Shown here piece by piece: positions 19,346 to 26,652 of a DNA stretch of 64,000 bases. The position numbers were made by a program, and so were the translations under genes. Location of the stretch: the NCBI GenBank assembly GCA_043800535.1, contig JAZDMV010000026.1, forward strand, positions 5,781 to 69,780, written 5' to 3'. Position 1 is the first letter of the stretch. Each line of letters opens with the position of its first letter. This DNA is from a bacterium (lineage in GTDB: Bacteria > Patescibacteriota > Minisyncoccia > Portnoybacterales > GWB1-42-6). The notes beneath the pieces were generated by a model. It was not told the DNA's origin, made no database searches, and saw only the letters and a list, made by a program, of their open reading frames with translations.

Positions 19346-19680
19346 ACTTCGGCGCATAGCGCCTCAGTATAAACTACTTCACAACTTCATTGCTCAATGC
19401 AGACTATTGATCAGTCTTTCTTTCTTTTTACGTGACCACCCCTTAATTTCTTGTTCTCGTCTTGCTGCGGCAAATTTATCCTTATATGATTCAGAATAAA
19501 CCAATTTTACTGGCCTTCTTGATTTGGTAAACAGACATTTGTCTTCGAAATTATGCTCCAGTAATCTTTTCTTTAAATCCCATGTTATTCCTGTATAAAA
19601 AGAATTGTCGCAGCATTTCAATATATAGACATAATGCATATTTTTAGGCTTGCCCTGAGGAGGGCTTGCCCGACGAAGGG
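19346..19680. mobile_element. palindrome-bounded GIY-YIG element filling the Phe-Gly tRNA spacer
   Basis: ends ACTTCG...CTCAGTATAAAC and GCTTGCCCTGAG...GACGAAGGG abut both tRNAs. Confidence 0.75.
19394..19639 (-). CDS. GIY-YIG nuclease (YhbQ/UPF0213-like)
   Basis: YVYIL...FYTGIT.DLKKRL.EH, A.RREQEIKGWSRKKK. Confidence 0.93.
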   Translation of the reverse strand: MHYVYILKCCDNSFYTGITWDLKKRLLEHNFEDKCLFTKSRRPVKLVYSESYKDKFAAARREQEIKGWSRKKKERLINSLH

Positions 19681-19753
19681 TGCCGGGGGTCGGAGTTGAA
19701 CCGACATCTCAGCTTTTTCAGAGCCGCGCCGTAACCACCTTGGCTACCCCGGC
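19681..19753 (-). tRNA. tRNA-Phe(GAA)
   Basis: GCCGGGG acceptor, CGGCT-CTGAAAA-AGCTG anticodon arm, GGTTCAACTCC. Confidence 0.93.
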
Positions 19754-19757
19754 ATGG

Positions 19758-19848
19758 ATAGTGGATAGCGACTAGCAACTAGTAGTTAGCGAATATAACA
19801 AAAATATAATTCCGCCTAGTCGCTAATTGCTAATTGTTAATTGCTAAA
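19758..19848. repeat. inverted periodic 7-mer repeat
   Basis: gatagcg/actagca/actagta/gttagcg facing cgctaat/tgctaat/tgttaat/tgctaaa. Confidence 0.75.
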
Positions 19849-19852
19849 TAGG

Positions 19853-19888
19853 TGGGCGCTTAAGGAGTTGAACCTTAGACCTTCGCAG
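19853..19888 (-). pseudogene. orphan 3' half of a tRNA (probably Val), cut at the anticodon loop
   Basis: C-TGCGA-AGGTC-TAAGG-TTCAACT-CCTTA-AGCGCCC-A abutting element end CTTGCCCCGTTAGATAT. Confidence 0.8.
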
Positions 19889-19916
19889 CTTGCCCCGTTA
19901 GATATGGACAATTCCG

Positions 19917-19988
19917 TGGACGGTGCAGGATTTGAACCTGCGACCCTTGCGATGTAAGCGCAATGCTCTACCGCTGAGCTAACCGTCC
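19917..19988 (-). tRNA. tRNA-Val(TAC)
   Basis: GGACGGT acceptor, TTGCG-CTTACAT-CGCAA, GGTTCAAATCC. Confidence 0.95.
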
Positions 19989-20072
19989 TCTTCGCTTCGC
20001 TCAGAGTAAACTAAATTTATTTGAGTAGGCTAAATGGTTGAGCTTGCCCTGAGTCCCAAAGGGGACGAAGGG
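19989..20072. mobile_element. empty derivative of the GIY-YIG element
   Basis: TCTTCGCTTCGCTCAGAGTAAAC ... GCTTGCCCTGAGTCCCAAAGGGGACGAAGGG. Confidence 0.75.
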
Positions 20073-20088
20073 TGCGCGGGAGAGGGCT

Positions 20089-20229
20089 TTCACCCCCACA
20101 CCTTTTCGACGTGGGCACGAGAGGACTCGAACCTCCAAGCCTTGCGGCACATGCACCTCAAGCATGCGCGTATACCAATTCCGCCACGTGCCCGGAAATT
20201 ATCTAAGTTTTAAAAGGTGTGGGGGCGTG
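20089..20229. mobile_element. CCCC...GGGG element carrying tRNA-Leu
   Basis: ttca-CCCCCACACCTTTT ... AAAAGGTGTGGGGG-cgtg. Confidence 0.85.
20112..20193 (-). tRNA. tRNA-Leu(GAG), nested copy
   Basis: GGGCACG/CGTGCCC acceptor, CATGC-TTGAGGT-GCATG, long variable arm, GGTTCGAGTCC. Confidence 0.95.
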
Positions 20230-20306
20230 CCTCCAAGCCTTGCGGCACATGCACCTCAAGCATGCGCGTATACCAATTCCGCCACCGCGCTCAAAGTTGC
20301 TTTTAA

Positions 20307-20690
20307 TTAGACCTGTTCTTGCGGCGTTTCTTGTGGGGCAGGGGTCTCTGGCACAACTGCCTCGGTTTTTTTCATTTTTGCGCTTCTGCCAAAACGGCCG
20401 CGCAGATAATAGAGTTTAGCACGCCTGACTTTTGATTTTTTGGTGACTTGTATTTTATCAATTGTCGGCGCGTGCAAGGGGAAAACGCGTTCAATGGCTA
20501 TACCGCCAGAAATCCTGCGGACCGTTATGGTCGCGTTAATGCCAGAACCGTGCTTGGCGGCGATGACCAAACCTTCAAATGGCTGGACTCTTTCTTTTCC
20601 GCCTTCTTTGATTTTTTGGTGCACGACAACGGTATAGCCGGGCCGGATTTCGGGCAGGTTCTTTTTCAGTTGTTCATCTGTCATTTTCAT
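20307..20690 (-). CDS. rplS: 50S ribosomal protein L19
   Basis: KERVQPFEG.VI, TVRRIS.G..IERVFP, VRRAKLYYLR. Confidence 0.98.
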   Translation of the reverse strand: MKMTDEQLKKNLPEIRPGYTVVVHQKIKEGGKERVQPFEGLVIAAKHGSGINATITVRRISGGIAIERVFPLHAPTIDKIQVTKKSKVRRAKLYYLRGRFGRSAKMKKTEAVVPETPAPQETPQEQV

Positions 20691-20767
20691 AATAAGTCAC
20701 ATAATTTAAAAGACAGGGGATCTGTCTCTGTTTGGTTATACGTTGGGATTCTAGCACGTCCTCGGTT

Positions 20768-21796
20768 TTATTTCAAGTCGGCCAAGACTGCTTGTAGATC
20801 ATCGGGCAAGGAAGCAGTGAATTCTTTTATTTCGTCGTTTGGCAGTTTAATTTTTAAATACGTAGCATGCAGAAATTGTCGTTTAAGCCCTTGCGGTTTT
20901 GGCGATGACTTGGTCCCGTATTTTGTGTCTCCGGCCACCGGATTGCCAAGCCAGGCCAAATGGACTCTTATCTGGTGCATACGGCCGGTTTTTGGCTGGG
21001 CCTCAATTAAAGTAAAATTATTATACTGCTTTAACGTTTTATACATGGTTATTGCTTCTTTGCCTTCTTTGACGCCAACTCTTTGTTTTGTGGGATCTGA
21101 CTTGGAACGAGCGATAAGCGTTTTGATTTCGCCTGACAATTTTTTGGGTCTGCCAACGACCAAGGCCAGATACTTTTTGACAACCTTTCTTTCCTGAAAT
21201 TGTTTTTTGAGCCAGGCAAACGCAGAGTTATTTTTTGCAATTATCATCAGGCCCGAAGTGTCTTTATCAAGGCGATGGACAATGCCTGGTCGGGCTGGGT
21301 CTTCACCAACGTCTTTGAGCGGGGGATAATGAACCAAAAGCGCATTAACCAAAGTGCCGCTTTTTTGAGCAGGGCTTGGATGTACAGTTAAGCCGGCTTG
21401 TTTATGCAAAGCAATAACATCTTTGTCTTCATAGATAATATGTACCTTTATATTTTTATCCGGCTCAAGGGAAATTTCCTGCGGCGGCAAAATGCCAACT
21501 TCGATTTTATCTGCCTCCTTTAAAATATAGCTTGGTTTTTTGGTTTGGCCGCTAACCCCGTTAGAAATCCAGCCATGCTTTATTTTGCTTTGGAGTTTAC
21601 GCAGTGATTTCACCTGCGGCTCTGTTTGCGTAATTTTTGACTCTTTGGAAAGATTTCTGACGGGGTAAACCAAAACAGCGCCTTTTTTTATTTGTTTTTG
21701 CACATAGGCGCGGGAGTAGCCGGGCCAGTTTGCAGCAATAAATTTATCAAGCCGCTGGCCGCTTTCCTCTTTTTTTACTTCAAGTATTTTTTTCAC
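20768..21796 (-). CDS. RluA/RluD family pseudouridine synthase with a 38 aa insertion in the S4 domain
   Basis: RLDKF, IVHRLDKDTSG, TGRMHQIRVH, FLHA. Confidence 0.95.
   Translation of the reverse strand: MKKILEVKKEESGQRLDKFIAANWPGYSRAYVQKQIKKGAVLVYPVRNLSKESKITQTEPQVKSLRKLQSKIKHGWISNGVSGQTKKPSYILKEADKIEVGILPPQEISLEPDKNIKVHIIYEDKDVIALHKQAGLTVHPSPAQKSGTLVNALLVHYPPLKDVGEDPARPGIVHRLDKDTSGLMIIAKNNSAFAWLKKQFQERKVVKKYLALVVGRPKKLSGEIKTLIARSKSDPTKQRVGVKEGKEAITMYKTLKQYNNFTLIEAQPKTGRMHQIRVHLAWLGNPVAGDTKYGTKSSPKPQGLKRQFLHATYLKIKLPNDEIKEFTASLPDDLQAVLADLK
21552..21669. mobile_element. CCCC...GGGG element inserted in frame
   Basis: ACCCCGTTAGAAATC ... GATTTCTGACGGGGT; encodes YPVRN...ISNGV. Confidence 0.85.
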
Positions 21797-21808
21797 AAAA
21801 ATTTCAAT

Positions 21809-21851
21809 TAGACATACACTCCCGCGCTCCCGAGCGCGGGAGTGTATGTCT
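21809..21851. repeat. perfect intergenic hairpin
   Basis: AGACATACACTCCCGCGCTC-cc-GAGCGCGGGAGTGTATGTCT. Confidence 0.7.
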
Positions 21852-21854
21852 GGT

Positions 21855-22646
21855 TTAGTTTAGGGAGGTAGTTAGAGAGATAATTTGGTAGCCGTCGTTT
21901 TCGATTTTTGTAAAAACCTCGTCCAGAATACTGCCGGTGATGTCATCACCCACGTGCATTAAAATTATGGCGCCTGGTTTTTCACAGGAATAAATTTTGT
22001 CTTTGACCTGTTGTTCTGTCTGTCCAACCATCCAGTCAAGCGCGTCGCAGGACCAGAAAACTGACTGATAGCCTTCTTGCGCCGCGATTTCCAGGACATG
22101 CGCGTTTCTGTCGCCATAGGGCGGGCGGAAATACGGTTTGGTTGATCTGCCTATTAGGCCGGAAATGATCTGTTCGGTTTTATCAAGTTCGTCCTTAATT
22201 TCCTGGTCAGTCAATTGTGTCAGATGTAGATGGGAGTAGGTGTGATTAAAAATTTCGTGGCCGTCAGACGAGATCTGTTTTATCAATTCCGGGTTTGTCT
22301 CGGCGAATTTGCCGGTGCTAAAAAAAGTCACATTGACATTATGCTGTTTGGTTACTTCAAGAATTTTTTGCAATGAATTTGTTCCTGCACCTGCATCAAA
22401 AGTAAAAATTACCTGCTTTTTGGCCGGGTTGGCTCGCGAAATTTCACCATTGACGACAAACGGGGGAGAGGTGGTGGCGATTTCTTTTTCCGTACTTGGC
22501 AGATTGGAATAATTTTGGGCCGATTCGTTCGGCACATTATTTAGCTTGTCCTGAGTTTTTACGAAGGACCAATAAAAAAGACCAGCCAATGCGATAATGG
22601 CTGTTACTAAAATTACGATTAGAAATATATAAATTCTCGAGGCCAT
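21855..22646 (-). CDS. polysaccharide deacetylase (NodB/CE4), membrane anchored
   Basis: FTFDAG, NHTYSH, YFRPPYG, IILMH; start MASRIYIF before the TM helix. Confidence 0.92.
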   Translation of the reverse strand: MASRIYIFLIVILVTAIIALAGLFYWSFVKTQDKLNNVPNESAQNYSNLPSTEKEIATTSPPFVVNGEISRANPAKKQVIFTFDAGAGTNSLQKILEVTKQHNVNVTFFSTGKFAETNPELIKQISSDGHEIFNHTYSHLHLTQLTDQEIKDELDKTEQIISGLIGRSTKPYFRPPYGDRNAHVLEIAAQEGYQSVFWSCDALDWMVGQTEQQVKDKIYSCEKPGAIILMHVGDDITGSILDEVFTKIENDGYQIISLTTSLN

Positions 22647-22690
22647 TCTATTTGTGGGCAATGCAGGGATTGAACCTGCGGCCTTTCCCA

Positions 22691-22803
22691 CTTGCCCCGT
22701 TAGATATTTTGTGCGCGTAGCAGGAATTGGACCTACGGCCTTCCCCATGTCAAGGGGACGCTCTACCACTGAGCTATACGCGCAAGTAATCTAACGGGGT
22801 GAA
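22691..22803. mobile_element. CCCC...GGGG element carrying tRNA-Val
   Basis: cttg-CCCCGTTAGAT ... ATCTAACGGGG-tgaa. Confidence 0.88.
22712..22783 (-). tRNA. tRNA-Val(GAC), nested copy
   Basis: GCGCGTA/TACGCGC acceptor, TCCCC-TTGACAT-GGGGA; T-loop variant TCCAATT. Confidence 0.88.
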
Positions 22804-22837
22804 TCAAGGGGACGCTCTACCACTGAGCTAATTGCCC

Positions 22838-22922
22838 TCTTCGCTTCGCTCAGAGTAAACTAATTATATTCTTAGCTACTAAATTGATAAGTTTACCCTG
22901 AGTTCCCGAAAGGGACGAAGGG
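22838..22922. mobile_element. empty derivative of the GIY-YIG element
   Basis: TCTTCGCTTCGCTCAGAGTAAAC ... GTTTACCCTGAGTTCCCGAAAGGGACGAAGGG. Confidence 0.75.
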
Positions 22923-22994
22923 TGGGCGCGCTAGGACTCGAACCTAGAACCGATCGGATATAAGCCGATTGCTCCACCATTGAGCTACGCGCCC
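22923..22994 (-). tRNA. tRNA-Ile(TAT)
   Basis: GGGCGCG acceptor, ATCGG-CTTATAT-CCGAT anticodon arm, GGTTCGAGTCC. Confidence 0.92.
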
Positions 22995-23080
22995 CTCACT
23001 TGCCGTTAGCAATAGAAATAATGTCACAAAAACCTGATAAGTTATATATAGGGCTTACCCCACGGCAAGTGAGGGGCGCG
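22988..23080. mobile_element. CCCC...GGGG element with CGCG direct repeats at the tRNA-Ile 5' end
   Basis: cgcg-CCCCTCACTTGCCGT ... ACGGCAAGTGAGGGG-cgcg. Confidence 0.82.
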
Positions 23081-23101
23081 CCCATGTCCATAGTATATAA
23101 G

Positions 23102-23140
23102 CAAAAACGCATTCTTTTCAAGCAATGAATGCGTTTTTTT
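23102..23140 (-). terminator. intrinsic terminator after ftsH
   Basis: AAAAACGCATTC ... GAATGCGTTTTT. Confidence 0.7.
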
Positions 23141-23160
23141 GACGGAAATTTAAATGAATG

Positions 23161-24984
23161 TTATCCTTCCGCGATTAATTTTTCAAACTCTTCTTTTTCA
23201 ATCGTCTCTTTTTCAATCAGGCGGTTGGCAATTTTATCAAGCAGGGAGCGTTTTGTGACTGTGATCTGTTGGGCGGTTTTCAGGGCAATGTCTATGAAGC
23301 TTGTCACTTCGTCGTCGATTTTGGCCGCGATTTTTTCTGAATAATCTTTTCCGGTGACTATTTCCTTACCCAAAAATACGAGTTCTTCCTGTTCGCCGAA
23401 AGTGCGCGGGCCAAGCTTTTCGCTCATGCCGTAACGCGTGACTAGGCGTCTGGCCAGGTTGGTGGCCTGTTCCAAATCATTGCTTGCGCCAGTGGTAATT
23501 TCGCCAAAGACCAGTTTTTCAGTTGCATAGCCGCCCATTAACACCGCGAGCTCCTCAAGAAATTCTGTCCGTGTTCTTAAATGTTTGTCTTCTGTTGGGA
23601 GCTTTAAAGTGTAGCCGGCAGCGCGGCCTCGGGCAATAATAGAAACTTTTCTGACCGGGTCAGTATGGGGCAGAGAAGCGTTAACCAAAGCATGGCCTGC
23701 TTCGTGCCAGGCGGCGATTTTTTTCTCATTGACAGAAAGGATATGGCTTTTTCTTTCAGGCCCCAAAAGCACTTTCTCTATTGACGGAATGACTTCGTTC
23801 ATTGAAATGTCTTTTTTGTTTTTGCGGGCGGCAAAGATAGCCGCTTCATTCATCAAATTGGCCAGGTCAGCGCCGGAAAAGCCCGGGGTGCGCTCGGCGA
23901 TCTGTCTGAAGTCAACGGACTTTTGTATTGGTTTACCTTTGGCGTGAATTTTTAAGATTTCTTCGCGGTCGTTAATATCGGGCAGGTCCAAAATTATCCG
24001 GCGGTCGAAGCGGCCTGGCCGCAGAAGCGCCGGGTCCAAAATATCTGGCCGGTTGGTGGCTGAAATTATGACGACGCGTGTTTCCGGGTCAAAACCGTCC
24101 ATCTCAACAAGTATCTGGTTGAGCGTCTGTTCGCGCTCGTCATGGCCGCCGCCAAGGCCAGCGCCCCTGTGTCGGCCGATGGCGTCAAGTTCGTCAACAA
24201 ATAAAATTGAAGGTGCGCTTTTTTTAGCCTGGGCAAAAGTGTCGCGGACGCGGGAAGCACCGACTCCGACAAAAAGTTCAACAAACTCAGAGCCCGAAAT
24301 ATGGAAAAATGGGACATTGGCCTCGCCTGAAACAGCGCGAGCCAAAAGCGTTTTGCCGGTGCCCGGCGGGCCGATCAGAAGCACGCCTTTGGGAATGCGG
24401 GCTCCGAGTGCCTTAAATTTTTCTGGCAGTTTTAAAAATTCAATTACTTCCTGCAATTCCTCTTTGGCTTCTTTTAAGCCGGCGACGTCTTTAAAGGTAG
24501 TTCGTTGGCCTTTTTTGTCCTGCGGGGAAAGCATTCTGACGAGCGAGCGGGTGAAACCAAATGCCTGATTGGCGCCGCGCTGGGCCTGGCGGAACATAAA
24601 CCAGAGGAAAAATCCGATGAGCAGAAGAGGCAGAAGGAACGGCAGGAGGTTGACCAGCCAGAATTGGAAAGAAGATTCTTTGGCCACCTCAATCGGCACC
24701 TGCTGGATTTTCTGTGGGTCAACGCCGAAATTTTTTAGCGTATCGCTAATCGCGGCGTTGCTTTCCGCCGTTGTCTGTTCGGCTGTTCCGTCTTTTAGAG
24801 TAACACTGATATTTTGGCCGCTGATGACAATTTTTGAAACCTTGTTTTCATTTATCTGTTGGGCAAGCTCGGTTAAGGTGACTCCCTTTGGAGCAGCGCC
24901 TTTTTGTGAAAAAAACGAAAACGCCACTGAAATTACCAGGAAAATAATCAGAATTATAACTATATTTTTGAAAAGGTTCTTCAT
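23161..24984 (-). CDS. ftsH: ATP-dependent zinc metalloprotease FtsH
   Basis: two TMs, [20 protein letters not shown]. Confidence 0.98.
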   Translation of the reverse strand: MKNLFKNIVIILIIFLVISVAFSFFSQKGAAPKGVTLTELAQQINENKVSKIVISGQNISVTLKDGTAEQTTAESNAAISDTLKNFGVDPQKIQQVPIEVAKESSFQFWLVNLLPFLLPLLLIGFFLWFMFRQAQRGANQAFGFTRSLVRMLSPQDKKGQRTTFKDVAGLKEAKEELQEVIEFLKLPEKFKALGARIPKGVLLIGPPGTGKTLLARAVSGEANVPFFHISGSEFVELFVGVGASRVRDTFAQAKKSAPSILFVDELDAIGRHRGAGLGGGHDEREQTLNQILVEMDGFDPETRVVIISATNRPDILDPALLRPGRFDRRIILDLPDINDREEILKIHAKGKPIQKSVDFRQIAERTPGFSGADLANLMNEAAIFAARKNKKDISMNEVIPSIEKVLLGPERKSHILSVNEKKIAAWHEAGHALVNASLPHTDPVRKVSIIARGRAAGYTLKLPTEDKHLRTRTEFLEELAVLMGGYATEKLVFGEITTGASNDLEQATNLARRLVTRYGMSEKLGPRTFGEQEELVFLGKEIVTGKDYSEKIAAKIDDEVTSFIDIALKTAQQITVTKRSLLDKIANRLIEKETIEKEEFEKLIAEG

Positions 24985-25085
24985 AATTATCAATGTTCCG
25001 TTTTGGGTTACGAATTTATACAAATTTTGCTCGCCGTCGCGAAATGTCAGCGTCCAGGCAGCGAGGTGGGCGAGCTCACGAATTT

Positions 25086-26378
25086 TTACGAAATGGATTG
25101 CTCTGTCTTGGGCAATTCTGGTGTCTCGGTATCTGGTTTTACGAGCGAGAGAGCCATTTTGTGAACTCTGGGTTCAATAGAAAGAATTTTAAAGTCATAT
25201 TCTTTATCTGTCACGAGCGCCTCTTTCATGGCCGCTTCGTTGCCGAATTCAGAAATATGAATAAGGCCGTGAATGTCTTTGTCCAGCTGTACAAAAGCGC
25301 CAAAAGGATTAAATTTGGTAACCGTGCCCTTGACCTGTTGGCCTTTTTGGTATTTACCTTCAATCTCTGACCACGGGTCTTTTTTTAGCGCTTTGAGCGA
25401 CAAAGAAAGCCGGTCGCCTTCAATGCCGATGATCTTAGCTGCTACTTCCTGACCGACTTTCAAAATCTGGCGGGGGTCTTCAATCAGCTGCCAGTCAATT
25501 TCGGATATATGGATCAGGCCTTCTATGATTTCGGACTTTGGAGATGTCGTTTTTGGGGCATCGGAATTTTGGTCTGTCGGCGGTTCTTCGGCAGCAGAAG
25601 GCAGGTTTACCCCCACACCTTTTTTGTCTGTTTGAGAATCATGGTCTTTGTTAATAGTTTCCGTATTTTTTGTCAGAGACTCAACGTCGTTTGAGGTGTG
25701 GAGGTTTATTCTGACAAAAGCGCCGAAGTCAACCACGCCCGAAATTGTGCCCTGAACCAGATCGCCGATTTTGAATGACTGGAGTGCGGCTTTGAGGCCC
25801 TGTTCCTGCAATGCCTTTTCGGAAACAATTAATTTTTGCTGGCTGGGATCAAGGTCAATGATGCGCACCGGCATTTCTTTACCGACGAATTTGTTAAGCT
25901 CGCTCAAAATTTTCATTTTGTCGCCGTCTTCAATCCTCGGATAGTGTTCGTAGGAAAGCTGGGAGACCGGCAAGAAGCCGGGTACACCTTTTATTTCAAC
26001 CATCAGGCCCCCTTTGTTGGCCTTGATGATCTTGGTCGCAATTGATTCCTGTTTTTGCATAAGTTCTCTGAGTTCTTCCCATGCATTTTGTTTGTTGGCG
26101 GCCTTGAGCGAAAGTTCGACAAAACCATTTTCGTTTTCCGGTTCAAGCACCATGGCAAAAATCTCTTCGCCGGGTTTAAGCTTTTTTATCACATCTTGAT
26201 TCTCTTTTATTTCGCGGCCCAAAATCACGCCGGTTCCAACAGGCCCCAGATCAATGAATACCGTATTTTTGCCAACTTCAATAACCAGGCCTTTGATTAT
26301 TTGACTGGCCTTGGGCAGAACAGGGGATTTGGACAATAGCTGGTTCATTTGGGTTTCTTTTGCGATTTTGTCAATCAT
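25086..26378 (-). CDS. rpsA: 30S ribosomal protein S1 (four S1 domains)
   Basis: GFLPVSQL, VDFGAFV, GLIHISE twice; insertion in the third S1 domain. Confidence 0.88.
   Translation of the reverse strand: MIDKIAKETQMNQLLSKSPVLPKASQIIKGLVIEVGKNTVFIDLGPVGTGVILGREIKENQDVIKKLKPGEEIFAMVLEPENENGFVELSLKAANKQNAWEELRELMQKQESIATKIIKANKGGLMVEIKGVPGFLPVSQLSYEHYPRIEDGDKMKILSELNKFVGKEMPVRIIDLDPSQQKLIVSEKALQEQGLKAALQSFKIGDLVQGTISGVVDFGAFVRINLHTSNDVESLTKNTETINKDHDSQTDKKGVGVNLPSAAEEPPTDQNSDAPKTTSPKSEIIEGLIHISEIDWQLIEDPRQILKVGQEVAAKIIGIEGDRLSLSLKALKKDPWSEIEGKYQKGQQVKGTVTKFNPFGAFVQLDKDIHGLIHISEFGNEAAMKEALVTDKEYDFKILSIEPRVHKMALSLVKPDTETPELPKTEQSIS
25606..25708. mobile_element. CCCC...GGGG element with TTTA direct repeats, in frame in rpsA
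   Basis: ttta-CCCCCACACCT ... AGGTGTGGAGG-ttta; net 99 bp. Confidence 0.8.
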
Positions 26379-26437
26379 AAATAATAAGGGTAGTCGCCTA
26401 CCGATAGAAACAGTATAAAGTAAAAAAAATATTTTTG

Positions 26438-26592
26438 CAAGCCCCGTTAGAAGCTTACATCCATGCCGTTTAATTTTACCAAGAAAGCCGCCCGCCCGCA
26501 TCGCCAAGCGAAGCTTAGGCGGGCGCGGCAGGCGATTCGCTGTCTAGTCATACTTATTGATAAAAGACGGCTGAGCTTCTATACGGGGCAAG
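26438..26592. mobile_element. CCCC...GGGG element with CAAG direct repeats
   Basis: caag-CCCCGTTAGAAGCT ... AGCTTCTATACGGGG-caag; another GC palindrome nested inside. Confidence 0.8.
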
Positions 26593-26652
26593 AGTTTAAT
26601 TAAATTATGTATTGGCAGGATGAAATTTATATGATAAGATTATATTAACTCT

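Larger units (their letters stand above)
20073..20290 (-). pseudogene. host tRNA-Leu(GAG) split in the T-loop (parts 20230-20290 and 20073-20088)
   Basis: 5' part GCGCGG-TGGCGGAATTGG...GGAGG, 3' part AGCCCTCT-CCCGCGC-A. Confidence 0.85.
22655..22837 (-). pseudogene. host tRNA-Val(GAC) split in the anticodon loop (parts 22804-22837 and 22655-22690)
   Basis: GGGCAAT-TAGCTCAGTGGTAGAGCG-TCCCC-TTGA [insert] T-GGGAA-AGGCC-GCAGG-TTCAATC-CCTGC-ATTGCCC-A. Confidence 0.88.

Noticed and set aside
20132-20285. 56 bp direct repeat as a simple assembly duplication
   Set aside because: Each copy has its own acceptor strands and the insert has inverted ends shared with other loci; a read check is still advisable
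22647-22769. N-terminal extension of the deacetylase ORF
   Set aside because: Runs through tRNA-Val sequences; ATG at 22646 precedes the TM helix
22695-22799. GTTAGAT ... ATCTAAC matches integron core sites GTTRRRY/RYYYAAC
   Set aside because: No full attC (L boxes, 57+ bp), no intI, boundaries are not at G/TT, and other family members use different stems
20089-22803. Inserts as tRNA introns
   Set aside because: Too short for group I or II cores, and exact removal leaves the hosts 2-4 nt short in the loops; not excluded without RNA data
26379-26507. N-terminal extension of rpsA
   Set aside because: Lies in promoter and mobile-element DNA
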